Assembly: GCA_964016885.1 (NCBI GenBank)
Contig: OZ024745.1
Span: forward strand, 39,928,001-39,992,000
Source: Eledone cirrhosa
Lineage: Eukaryota
Length of the DNA stretch: 64,000 bases
Direction of reading: 5' to 3'
The notes beneath the pieces were generated by a model. That model did no database searches. It saw only the letters and a list, made by a program, of their open reading frames with translations, and had not been told where the DNA came from. This document shows positions 52,201 through 64,000 of the stretch, piece by piece (position 1 is the first letter of the stretch; every line of letters starts with the position of its first letter). The position numbers and the translations under genes were made by a program.

Positions 52201-55200
52201 ACGGGGCACCCAAATAAAAAAAGGGGGCACACAAATAAAAAACGGGACACCCAAATAAAAAACGGGGCACCCAAATAAATAAACGGGGCACAAAAATAAA
52301 AAACGGGACACCCAAATAAAAAAACGGGGCACCCAAATAAATAAACGGGGCACACAAATAAAAAACGGGGCACCCAAATAAAATAACGGGGCACCCAAAT
52401 AAAAAACGGACCACCACATAAAAAAACGGGCACACAAATAAAAAACGGGGCACCCAAATAAAAAACGGGGCACCCAAACCAAAAACGGGGACACAAATAA
52501 AAAACGGACCCCCCCCCCCCCACCATACAAAAACGCGCACCTAAATAAAATACGGGGCACCCAAATAAAAAAACGAGGCACCCAAATAGAAAACGTAACC
52601 ACCCCCATAAAAAAAGGGTCTCCCAAATAAAAAACGGGGCACCAAATAAAAAAAACGGGGCACCCAAATAAAAAACAGGGCACCCAAACAAAACCCGGCA
52701 CCCAAATAAATAACGGAGCACCCAAATAAAAAAACGGGGCACACAAACAAAAAATGGACGCCCCCCATTAAAAAACAGGGCACCCAATTAAAAAACGGAC
52801 CCCTCCCCATAAAAAGACGGGGCAACTAAATAAAAAACGGGGTACCCAAATAAAAAACGGGGCACCCAAATAAAAAACGTTCCCCCCACATAAAAAAAAC
52901 GGGGCACGCAAATAAAATAACGGGGCAGCCAAATAAAAAACGGTCCCTCGCATAAAAAAAAACCGGGCACCCAAATAAAAAACGGCGCACCCAAATAAAA
53001 GAGCGGGGCAACCAAATAAAAAAACGGGGCACCCAAATAAAAAACGGACCCCCCCCCATAAAACACGGCGCACCCAAATAAAAAACGGTGCACCCAAATA
53101 AAAAAGCGGGCACCCAAACAAAAAACGGGGCACCCAAATAAAAAACGGGGCACCCAAATAAAAACACGGGGCACCAAAATAAAAAACAGACGCCCCCTAT
53201 AAATAAGCGAGGTACCCAAATAAAAAACAGACACCCAAATAAAATAACGGGGCACCCAAATAAAAAACGGTCACCCACATAAAAATAACGGGGCACCCAA
53301 ATAAAAAACGGGGCACCCAATTAAAAAATAGGGCACCCAAATAAAAAAGCGGGGCAACCAAACAAAAAACGGGGCACCCAAATAAAAAACGGACCCCCAC
53401 ATAAAAAAAACGGGGCACACAAATAAAAAACGGACCCCACATACAAAAAACGGGGCACACAAATATAAACGGGGCACCCAATTAAAATAACAGGGCACCC
53501 AAATAAAAAACGGTCCCCCCATAAAAAAACGGTCCCCCCATAAAGAAACGGGGCATCCAAATAAAAAAACGGGGCACCCAAATAAAAAACGGCCCCCCAC
53601 CCCATGAATAAAACGGGGCACCTAAATAAAAAACGGGGCACCCAAATAAAAAACGGGGCAGCCAAATAAAAAACCGGGCACCCAGATAAAAACGGGCACA
53701 AAAAATAAAAAACGGACGATCCCCATAAAAAAACAGGGCACCCAAATTAAAAAAAAGGGGCACACAAATAAAAAACGGGGCACACAAATAAAAAACGGGA
53801 CACCCAAATAAAAGAACGGGGCACCCAAATAAAAAACGGACCACCACATAAAAAAACCGGCACACAAATAAAAAACGGGGCGCCCAAATAAAAAACGGGG
53901 CACCCAGATAAAAACGGGGCACCCAAATAAAAAACGGACGATCCCCATAAAAAACGGGGCACCCAAATAAAAAAAGGGGGCACACAAATAAAAAACGGGA
54001 CACCCAAATAAAAAACGGGACACCCAAATAAATAAACGGGGCACAAAAATAAAAAACGGGACACCCAAATAAAAAAACGGGGCACCCAAATAAATAAACG
54101 GGGCACACAAATAAAAAACGGGGCACCCAAATAAAATAACGGGGCACCCAAATAAAAAACGGACCACCACATAAAAAAACGGGCACACAAATAAAAAACG
54201 GGGCACCCAAATAAAAAACGGGGCACCCAAACCAAAAACGGGGACACAAATAAAAAACGGACCCCCCCCCCACCATAAAAAAACGCGCACCTAAATAAAA
54301 TACGGGGCACCCAAATAAAAAAACGAGGCACCCAAATAGAAAACGTAACCACCCCCATAAAAAAAGGGTCTCCCAAATAAAAAACGGGGCACCAAATAAA
54401 AAAAACGGGGCACCCAAATAAAAAACAGGGCACCCAAACAAAACCCGGCACCCAAATAAATAACGGAGCACCCAAATAAAAAAACGGGGCACACAAACAA
54501 AAAATGGACGCCCCCCATTAAAAAACAGGGCACCCAATTAAAAAACGGACCCCTCCCCATAAAAAGACGGGGCAACTAAATAAAAAACGGGGTACCCAAA
54601 TAAAAAACGGGGCACCCAAATAAAAAACGTTCCCCCCACATAAAAAAAACGGGGCACGCAAATAAAATAACGGGGCAGCCAAATAAAAAACGGTCCCTCG
54701 CATAAAAAAAAACCGGGCACCCAAATAAAAAACGGCGCACCCAAATAAAAGAGCGGGGCAACCAAATAAAAAAACGGGGCACCCAAATAAAAAACGGACC
54801 CCCCCCCCCCATAAAACACGGCGCACCCAAATAAAAAACGGTGCACCCAAATAAAAAAGCGGGCACCCAAACAAAAAACGGGGCACCCAAATAAAAAAAC
54901 GGACCCCCACATAAAAAAAACGGGGCACACAAATTAAAACGGGGCACCCAGATAAAAAACGGGACACCCAAATAAAAAACGGACGGTCCCCATAAAAAAA
55001 CGGGGCACGCAAACAAAAAACAGGCACCCCCATAAAAAAACGGGCACCCAAATAAAATAACGGGGCACCCAAATAAAAAACGGACCTCCACATAAAAAAA
55101 ACGGGGCACACAAATAAAAAACAGGGCACCCATATAAAAAACGGGGCACCCTAATAAAATAACGGGGCACCCAAACAAAAAACGGGGCACACAAATAAAA

Positions 55201-55744
55201 AACGGCCCCCCCTCCACCACCATAAAAAAACGGGCACCTAAATAAAATACGGGGCACCCAAATAAAAAAACGAGGCACCCACACAAAAACGGGGCACCCG
55301 AATAAAAAACGGAACCCCCCATAAAAAACGGGGCACCCAAATAGAAAACGTAACCACCCCCACAAAAAAACGGGGCACCCAAATAAAAAACGGGGCACCC
55401 AAATAAAAAAAACGGGGCACCCAAATAAAAAACAGGGCACCCCCCAAAAAACGGGGCACCCAAATAAATAACGGAGCACCCAAATAAAAAAACGGACCCC
55501 CCCATAAAAAAACAGGGCACCCAAATAAAAAACGGACCCCTCCCCATAAAAAAACAGGGCACCCAAATAAAAAACGGACTCCCACATAAAAAAAAACGGG
55601 CCACCCAAATAAAAAACGGGGTACCCAAGTAAAAGACGGGGCACCCAAATAAAAAAACGGGGCACCTAAATTTAAACGGACGCCCCCCCCCCCCCCCTAA
55701 AAAAACGGGGCACCCAAATAAAAAACGGGGCGCCCAAATAAACC
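37295..55744. repeat. Satellite/minisatellite array, consensus 20-bp monomer CGGGGCACCCAAATAAAAAA, roughly 900 head-to-tail units
   Basis: Seen directly (e.g. exact 20-bp period at 37321-37360). Single orientation throughout, many variant monomers, higher-order duplications. The unit count is an estimate from length divided by ~20.5. Confidence 0.97.
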
Positions 55745-56410
55745 ACGCATGGCGATGGCCTCAGGGGAGGAGGATTAGTGACACCCAAGAGCAGAGTTTG
55801 TGCGTCTTTTGTCACGCTTTGAATGGGGGTTTGTCCAAGGACGAATCATTGGCCTTGACAAAGGCTCCTGTCGACAGCCCGTCTCGATCAGCTCCAGAGG
55901 TGGGGACGCCGAGGGTGAGTGGGACGAAATAGAAGAGGCGCTCCAGTCGCTGGCTCGCTCGGAGTCCAGAACACTCTCTATCGAGGAAATGGGGTATTGG
56001 CTACCGGCACCCTGTCCGCTCTTGGGATCCTGAGCGGAATCTTCTCGAACCGCCTGCGCCGAGCGATGTTGACTAGCGAGGGTTTGGATATCAGGAAAGC
56101 TCGCTGTCTCATCTGATGGAGTACCTGACGGCCGTGGATGAGCAGATGAGAGGAAGAGACAGGTTCTGCATCTCCACGCTGCGAGGGCACTAGAAGTTCG
56201 ACCCGTCAAATCAACACATGTCAGGTGGTGGAAGCAGCCGCACCACGACCAGTTCCAGCTCATTTTCCGTCTGTTCGTGGTGCTGCAAGTGCTACAGATG
56301 TCGACTGGTGGGGATGGAGAATGGGGCGTGGATCCGGGGACCGGTTCACAAAGTGGTATCAGGGGTGAGTGACTGGTTCTCACCAGCCTAGGTGCTAGGC
56401 ACAACTGCAT
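55745..56410 (-). pseudogene. CRE ORF N-terminal part with PHD-like finger
   Basis: CSTC..WSWCGCFHHLTCV..WRCRTC (degenerate C4HC3), followed by KIPLRIPRADRVPVA..SIESVL..W, as expected upstream of a CRE RT. Confidence 0.75.
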
Positions 56411-57689
56411 GTGGGTGGAAGGGAACGTGTTGGTATGAGTGAGGACTCATAGCTCACCTACATCAGATATGGAGGCGACAGAAGACAAGATAATATAGAA
56501 GCGGGGTTGCCTGGAGGGGGACACACACGAAAGTAGGTTAGAAAATAAATAAATAAATGAATGGATGAATGTACAAAAAGAAAACGGGTTTGTTCCCAGC
56601 GAAATGACCCAAATGTCGTTATTTTGTCACTGATTCTGCAGATGGCTTCCTCCTGTTACTGTTGGTGGTGGTGATCGTATAATTAGTATAGATTGTTTCA
56701 AAAGAATATTTGGTGTCGGAATTGGGGAGATTTGCATGGAATAATAAAACCCACGTGACATAAAACAGCAACGCATTTTCAACTCTCTTTTAGACATACA
56801 TCCGTTCACTCCGTTCATTGGGTCATCCAAATCTATATATTTTATTTTTTATATCATATACTATATTTCAATGGAGATGCACTTGCCATGCTGTCAGGAT
56901 ATATAGCAACAAATCTTATTGTTTTAAGATGATCATATGTTTACTTGAAACAGCTAAACTATATTGTCCACTGGAAATTGAAAGTGTATGTTTCAGTGGT
57001 TTAACATTTGATATAAAACGAGTCATCAACTGGATTGCTTTTAATTCTCGTTTAAATGTTAATATCAACTGCTTAACTTTCACAAATTTGCCATGACAGT
57101 AGTTGACAAATGTCACTATGATTGAATTAATTATTAATTAGGAGCATCGGTTTGCATAAATGATGAATTCTATTAAATCATTTCAGTAGTCTAAGCAATA
57201 TACGTTTTGACGAGGTTATATGATATACCACACAATGAACTTATACGTTAAAGCCGGTGTACCATGTGCAAATCTACTAATATTAAATTAAAATTAAATA
57301 CTACCACTAACCGTAAACACACACAAGGATGTATTTCTAGAATGTGTTCCGAATTCCTGTAAGATTTCAAATGCAATCGACATAAAACGTATACCTGTGT
57401 TCAAAGTAAAATTGTTAATAACGCACTATTATTAAGAACTTTATTGTCAGGTCACTCTTGAGGGCTACTGGTAACATGTAAACCAGTACAACCTGTCGCA
57501 TGGTCGGATTGTCGGCGACTAAACTGGCAACCCCACCAAGTTTACTTGGTGAGGAGGGTGATTTTGGATACCCTGCAGGACAAAAAACAAAACATGACAA
57601 AGGGCGGAAGAACTCATCCAAAAATGTATAAAAATGTATCTAAACATCTACATATGTTTGTGTATGTATATGCGTGTGTATATATGCCT

Positions 57690-57875
57690 GGGGTGTCAGG
57701 GAGGGGCATGTACGTCTTGAGGGAGGGCTAGCTATGCCCTTTTTAGGACAGCTCGTCCTGCATTAGGACCCACCTGACACTCAGCTCTCACCTGTGGCCC
57801 CAAGTAGCTGTAGCATACGACAGCGGCCACACCCCGGTAAACCACCTTGGCTGGCAGGCCGAACCAGGTTGAGAG
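57690..57875 (+). ncRNA. Candidate HDV-like self-cleaving ribozyme
   Basis: P1 GGGGTGT(57690-96)/ACACCCC(57829-35); P2 CTCTCA-CCTG/CAGG-t-TGAGAG; P3 GGC/GCC; P1.1 CC/GG(57836-37); J4/2 CGAA(57860-63). Confidence 0.55.
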
Positions 57876-58365
57876 TAGCCGTACGGGTCTGACCCCCCCC
57901 CCCCCCCCACCGGTGAGTTAGATAGAGGATGCATGCGAAGACTGCATGAGAATGCTGGACGCGTGGAGTGAGTGGAGGAGGACAACATCGTCCCAATGGT
58001 CACGAAGGCGGCTACAGCAAGTGGTGTGGAGCGCTAGGGCACGGCAAGGCACTACAGACGTCGTGGCCATCCACTGCAGCTAAGGAAGCCTCTGGTCGTG
58101 AGAGTCCTCCGTACCACCGGATTCTGGCTTCTGCTGCCGAGTGAGTGGGACCGTCAGTGTGCACTGGCCCTCCCACTGTAAACCTTTCCCGCACAGGTTT
58201 CTTCTTTGGCGTGCACTGCCAAAGCCCTGTGGCGATGGGCGAGAGGTGGAGGTAACCTCTGGGAGTTGCCAGTCTGACTCCAATCTCTTCCCCTGCCCCC
58301 ACTGACCCCGGAATTGCAAGTCAAGGATCGGCCTCCACAGCCACCTTCGTGCCCACGGCATATGG
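57690..58365 (+). mobile_element. GC-rich 5' UTR-like segment of an RTE-type LINE (no ORF retained)
   Basis: Sharp GC-rich island beginning after a (TA/TG) tract. Resemblance to RTE 5' UTRs is from memory. Confidence 0.45.
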
Positions 58366-58764
58366 GAACAATAATAAAGAAGATGTCATCAGCGTTTACG
58401 ATGGACAACCAAGATTAATAACTTTATTAAATTTGAAAACTCAGTGACTCATTGGGAGAAGATCGTTTGAATAAATCAGTTTATTTATTCATTTATTTTT
58501 TAAAATTTGTCGTGAGATGCATGATAAGATATTGTTTATTCTGTGATGATAATAATAAACATAGAAGATCTTCAATTTCAAATCAAAAATGTGACGATAA
58601 TTGCTTATGAATATAACGGGAATAATATTCTCCAAAGACGAGATAAGTACCGAATAGAAATAAAGATAATTTAAATGCTTAAAGGGGACATGATTAAAAT
58701 GAAAACTTCCTAGATATGGCAATACAATGTTAGTGGAACTATTTAGACCGAAACTTAGCTGAAG

Positions 58765-58834
<70 letters not shown>

Positions 58835-58902
58835 GAGCAATGGGGAGGTGTTACATAGAAGCTTTATATATATATATACAAATACAATCACACACGTACA
58901 CA

Positions 58903-58958
<56 letters not shown>

Positions 58959-60843
58959 CTAGAACACTGGAATGTAATATATGTAGTGGTAGAGCACTCA
59001 GTCCAAGGGACGAGTTTGGTAGAAGTAGTAACACAACAGTTTGTTCGTCATACCTTCAATCGGATGGTCTATCTGGAATGAATATCCGTAATGTCATATG
59101 TGCCTTAACATTAAGGATTCTTATGGTAATAGTCTTCCCTGTCTACTACTACGTTACGAATCCACCCTTGAAGACCAGATCATTCATATGATTTCGTCTT
59201 CATATATTGATACAGTAATAAATAAATGAATGAAGAAATAAATAAAATATTTGGTTAAAAATTAGACGTAAAAATTACAAAATTTCAAAATACGTAATGG
59301 ATTATGCAGCTGTCAGTTGAAGTCAGGTTGATGAATGCGTAATTTTAAACTCCACAGAAATATGTATTATGACAGATTTTGACTCTTAATATAGTCCAAA
59401 TCGTGCGCTGAGGCTGTTAACGTTAAGTAAGCTTTCAAACTTCGTGTGTTTGCACCGGTCTTTATTAGTCATATATAGTATTTTCTTATGAGTTATTTAA
59501 GCTTCATTTAGAACAGTGGCACATTTGTATTCATTTGGGCTTGACCTCTTTCTGAAGATATAGCTGTGAATATTGCGAAATATTTATACATATAATGATT
59601 TAGTAAATCTTCATACTTAAACAGAAATGGGGCACAAGCATATTTTCAATATGGCATGCTTCAAAGTTAAGCTATTGTGTGTGTGTTTTGTTAATGTTTA
59701 ATCTATGTATTTCTGCATGTGTCTGTTAATGCCATAAAGTAAGTTAACGAATGAATAAACATATCGATATGCATTATGGTCAAAAATACCTATCTACCGG
59801 AATTAGTATATTTGACTAACCCAAGTCAAGATTGTTTTCTATCAAAGCCGTAATCCAATGTCCCAAACCGTCTTTTTCTCTGTTTCTTATAAAGTGAGAA
59901 CGTTCAACATTGATGTGTAATATATAGTTTCCAATATACAGTTTATGATTCTACAACATCAATAATACGTTTGGTATGAATAGAAATCAAAACTCACAAA
60001 AATAGCAAATCTTTGCTGTAATGTCTATTCATTGTATTAAGTAAACAAATATAAGACGGAATTTAAATTAAGATAAAATTGAATTAAATTAAATTATATT
60101 AAATTAAACAAATCTAATGAAAAAATATCATTGATCCGGAAGGAGAGAAAAATTAAAGTAATGAAATATTCTCAGCTCATCCAATTTGTAAAGAATATAG
60201 ATAATATAATTTATAGTAACGAATCATTCATTATTTGTTCACTTTCTTCGTTATTTTAGTATATGCTGCACAACAATTTGCAAGTAAAACAATAACGATT
60301 TTATTGATAGGTCTTTATAAATATGCTACGAAGAATATCCTCATATTGCCTCTATCAAGAACAACACCTTGCATAATAATGAATTACTCATTTTATTGAA
60401 TTTCCTGTAGATTCTATTCAAACGAAAGACGGATAAGGTGACCGGCGTACGCTATGTTAGTTTCGCTCTTTGCAAGACAACTTCATATACTTCAGTGTTC
60501 TAAATATTTTATGGAAAAATTTATGGAAATTAAATTAGGAAGTGTTGTATAGTATAATTCGATGTTACATCTAGAGAGATATACATCGTATTTAAATTCG
60601 AAATCGATAGTGTATATTTTTGTTAAAATTCTTTATTTTTTCATTTCGTATTACCATAATATATTTGTCAAATACAGATACACAAATAATCATTCAAACA
60701 CACAAATACAAACACAGCAAGACACATATACATTACCCGCAATCTGTCTATCTATCTAACTATCTATATATTTGTCTACCTGCTTGCCTACCAGTCTGTC
60801 CATCTATCTACATATCTTTCTCTCTCTCTCTCCCTCTCTCCGT

Positions 60844-60897
<54 letters not shown>

Positions 60898-61450
60898 TAT
60901 TGCGTTTGAGAAGGTGTGTATAGGACAGCATTTGCGATTGAGTATGTGGTATATTGCAGACTCGTTATTTGCGTTCTTGCTCCATGCGCTTTGATTTCAA
61001 ATACCGTGTTAATCCGCCAGAATTCGAGGCTTAAAAATAGTATCTACATTGACATAACTAATACAAACGTTTGATTATTTGGTTCCTCAACATTTCCAAT
61101 CTACTACCAGCTAAAATGCTATGATATGTGTTTGCGAGAAAATGATGTTCATGATTGCTGCTCTAATCCCACCTATACAGAGAAATTATTCAATGTCAAT
61201 AATTAGCTATCGTTATATAGCAGGGTCATCGACATTCACGAGAGTTTTATATTTCCACTGACACACATAACTATCTGCTTGAAATAAATGTTCACATCTG
61301 TATTGTATCAAGTTGATAAATATTTATAAGTTCCACTCTCACAAAGTAGTTTATACTTGTATGTATATATATATGAAAATTAGAGTTAAAACTCAATTGG
61401 AACCGTGTAACTATTAAGCTCCAAGTATAAAAATACTGAGCCGATTAATA

Positions 61451-61677
61451 ATATATAGTAAGAAACACAGATGAAGCCCAGGATTATCTGGTACAAACAC
61501 ACTCAGGGCGAAACAGATTAGGGATAATCTGTCCGAGAGATGTAATGGTTATTGAGGCGGTTTGTATAAGAATATATTTTTATTTTTTATCATTCTGTCT
61601 GCTTCTTGGTTAAATATTTCATACAAATGTGGTTTTTCAACCCTTGTAATTTTAGACACACGGTTTACTGTGTTTCT

Positions 61678-61687
<10 letters not shown>
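61451..61687. mobile_element. Small fold-back element with 5'-clipped hammerhead
   Basis: 20-bp inverted ends 61451-61470/61668-61687. cagATGA A GCCC..GGGC GAAA CAGATTA ggga TAATCTG TC (61468-61533). Confidence 0.65.
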
Positions 61688-61734
<47 letters not shown>

Positions 61735-61888
61735 TATATATATAAATATTTATATATATATATATATAAATATATATATAAATATATAAATATATAAATA
61801 TATATATAAATATATAAAATATAAATATATATATAAATATATATATAAATATATAAATATATATATAAATATATATATAAATATATAA

Positions 61889-61918
<30 letters not shown>
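61681..61918. repeat. (TA)n / (ATATAA)n low-complexity tract
   Basis: Seen directly. Confidence 0.95.
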
Positions 61919-61919
<1 letters not shown>

Positions 61920-62604
61920 GAAAGGATAAAAAGGACGATTGTTTATTCCTTCATTGCATTTGTTGATAGGTGACGCGCGTTTCGCCACTGATCAGCTCAA
62001 GGTTCGATCTATATCGATCCTACCCGACTCAATAATCGGCAGCTCGACGGACCCTCTTAAAATGCTATAAGAAAATGAAATACATGCTATGTGGTAAAGT
62101 CAGAGTTTCAAGAGTTTGACAAAATGAGATGTTTTGATTGGTGAGAAGGATCAAGGCGATGTAGAAGGTGTTTTACATATATACATACACATACATACAC
62201 ATGGGTATGGGCACATGGACTCACACTCATGTATGCAAGATATACACATACACACTCGCACACACGTATACTCACACATATATATATATTCACATATATA
62301 TATATATATACACATACATGTACCGACAACACACACATACACGCACATATACACATACATGCACATATATGAGCTCACCTACACATCCGGTCAGATTTAC
62401 CCATATACATATATGTAGACGTACACATACACACACATACATACACATACATATATACACACACATACACATATGCATACACATACACATAGGCATACAC
62501 ATACACATATATATATATACACAGATATATATATACACACACATAGACATATGTATATACATGTGTTCACATACACACACACATACAGATAAATTTGCGT
62601 ACAT

Positions 62605-63396
62605 CGTAATGTCCAATTGGACTAATCGAACATTCGACTTAGTTTCAATGGCACAAAGCCAGTCTATTACCTCCTTTATACAAGACCATAGGCTGAGTTT
62701 AGTTCTAATCTTAAGTTCAGGTAATATTCGGTCAATGATTGATTTGCTAAGTCTACCAAGGTCCGATTTGGAGGGGGCTATGAGCCTGACCGGTAGTTTT
62801 GACTGGAAGTCCGGTTTATGGTCTTTAATGGATATTCTCGGTGTCCTAGGGTTGTAAGGAAAGGTCCTGTCGTCAATACTCAGTTCGGTCATTATTGATT
62901 TCGCCTGTTTATTTATGTGTGCTAGGTTTTCTCGTGTTGATGTTTTGTATATTTTAGAGATTTCGTTTGTAATCCATTTGTTGTAGGTTTTGTACTCTAA
63001 GTTATATAGGTTTCCAGTTTTATCCGCTGGTACAATAATCCCAGTGCTATTCTTGATTTTTTTAAAGGTAGAGGCGAGTCCGGACAGGAATGCACTTCTG
63101 TCAGGGTTTCGCGGTGGTTTCCTGAATCTAATTTTCAGGATCACGGTAATGATCCTGCTCTCAAATTCTTCAAGGAGTGGGTTGTGCGGTGGGATTTTCG
63201 TTGATTTGAAAAGTCTTTTTATGTGGTTGGTGGGATTGTTAATTGATCCCGGGGCCTTCCTGTTGTTGTAGTGGTAGGCCCTCCAACGGATCCTTCTGAT
63301 GACATTGTTTGTCTGCTTTAGTAATAGGTCCATGTAGACATCTTCAGAAGGCAAAGGAATGTCCTTTAGGGAGGAAGTGCTGTAGAACAATTCCAT
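62605..63396 (-). pseudogene. Penelope-like element RT, N-terminal part (Naiad-like), truncated at RT motif A
   Basis: Uninterrupted frame SLKDIPLPS..IRRIRWRA..FKS..PP..FE..VPADKTGN.Y..ISIKDHKPDF..RLIAPSKSDLGRLSK..W..VIDW..QLDI, after which it runs into inverted low-complexity sequence. Confidence 0.85.
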
Positions 63397-63560
63397 GGTG
63401 TTCCGTGTAAGCGCTCGACAAATCGACTGTATTATATACCCCCCACCCCCCACCCCCCGTCTGCCTACCATATAACACACCGTAACCTCTAATCATGTAA
63501 TCATATTGCCGAACATATTACCCCAGCACCACCACCATCACCATGTCCACAACACACATC

Positions 63561-63775
63561 ACCGTACGTCCATAAACGCTTTTCCCCCGCGTACCCTATG
63601 TCACCTTTTAACCGGTATTCGATCCGGTATATATATTTTTGTCCCTCACAACTCCACAACCACCACCACGTACGTCCATAAACGCTTTTCCCCCGCGTTC
63701 CCTATGTCACCTTTTAACCGGTATTCGATCCGGTATATATATTTTTGTCCCTCACAACTCCACCACCACCACCAC
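63561..63775. repeat. Tandem duplication, ~107-bp unit, upstream of the PLE ORF
   Basis: CGTACGTCCATAAACGCTTTTCCCCCGCG..ACCGGTATTCGATCCGGT..CTCACAACTCCAC occurs twice. Confidence 0.9.
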
Positions 63776-64000
63776 AAAACACAACTCCATACTTCATCAA
63801 CACCGACAAAACATACCTCCACTCCCCAACCAACAATAGTGTGTGTGTCTGTGTGTAAGTATTTTACCTATACGGGCGTTTTAAGTGTGCGTGCATGTAC
63901 GCAAATTTATCTGTATGTGTGTGTATGTGAACACATGTATATACATATGTCTATGTGTGTATATATATATATCTGTGTATATATATATATGTGTGTATGT

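Larger units (their letters stand above)
34902..56540 (-). mobile_element. CRE-type (RLE) non-LTR retrotransposon, decayed, interrupted by an 18.4-kb tandem array
   Basis: Short poly(A) end at 34902-34910 (T9 on +). ORF remnants on both sides of the array are collinear. The 5' end is approximate (GC-rich sequence ends ~56540). Confidence 0.85.

Noticed and set aside
37195-55665. Dozens of long minus-strand ORFs (FFIWVPR/LFGCPV/YLGAP repeats)
   Set aside because: Artefacts of a 20-bp repeat lacking minus-strand stops; open in all three frames, with constant homopolymer frameshifts.
37295-55744. CRISPR-like reading of the array (repeat plus variable units)
   Set aside because: Variable units are derivatives of the same monomer and recur in duplicated blocks; no unique spacers, leader or cas genes; eukaryotic context.
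37295-55744. Canonical telomeric array
   Set aside because: Not TTAGGG-like, and embedded interstitially within one retrotransposon.
62290-63480. 396-aa ORF as a complete protein
   Set aside because: Only 62605-63396 is RT-like; the rest is read-through into inverted low-complexity sequence.

Overview
AT-rich, microsatellite-dense animal DNA. The SINE types and (TA)n density suggest a cephalopod such as Octopus (inference). There is no confidently identifiable host gene; the window is mostly transposon debris. Recognisable elements: (i) a decayed, 3'-truncated L1/Tx1-type LINE (3127-7885, +); (ii) a decayed CRE-type non-LTR retrotransposon (PHD-like finger, RT, restriction-like endonuclease; minus strand, ~34902-56540), plus two older CRE fragments; (iii) an ~18.4-kb head-to-tail array of a 20-bp monomer (CGGGGCACCCAAATAAAAAA) with higher-order duplications that splits the CRE ORF; (iv) a truncated Penelope-like (Naiad-like) RT at the right end; (v) many small fold-back elements in or beside (TA)n tracts that together carry about 18 hammerhead-ribozyme motifs from several unrelated families, including non-canonical cores (U3-A8, U4A, U10.1-U11.1, a 9-nt core insertion); (vi) a candidate HDV-like ribozyme at the start of a GC-rich element; (vii) tRNA-derived SINEs. 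All calls were made by eye, without database searches.
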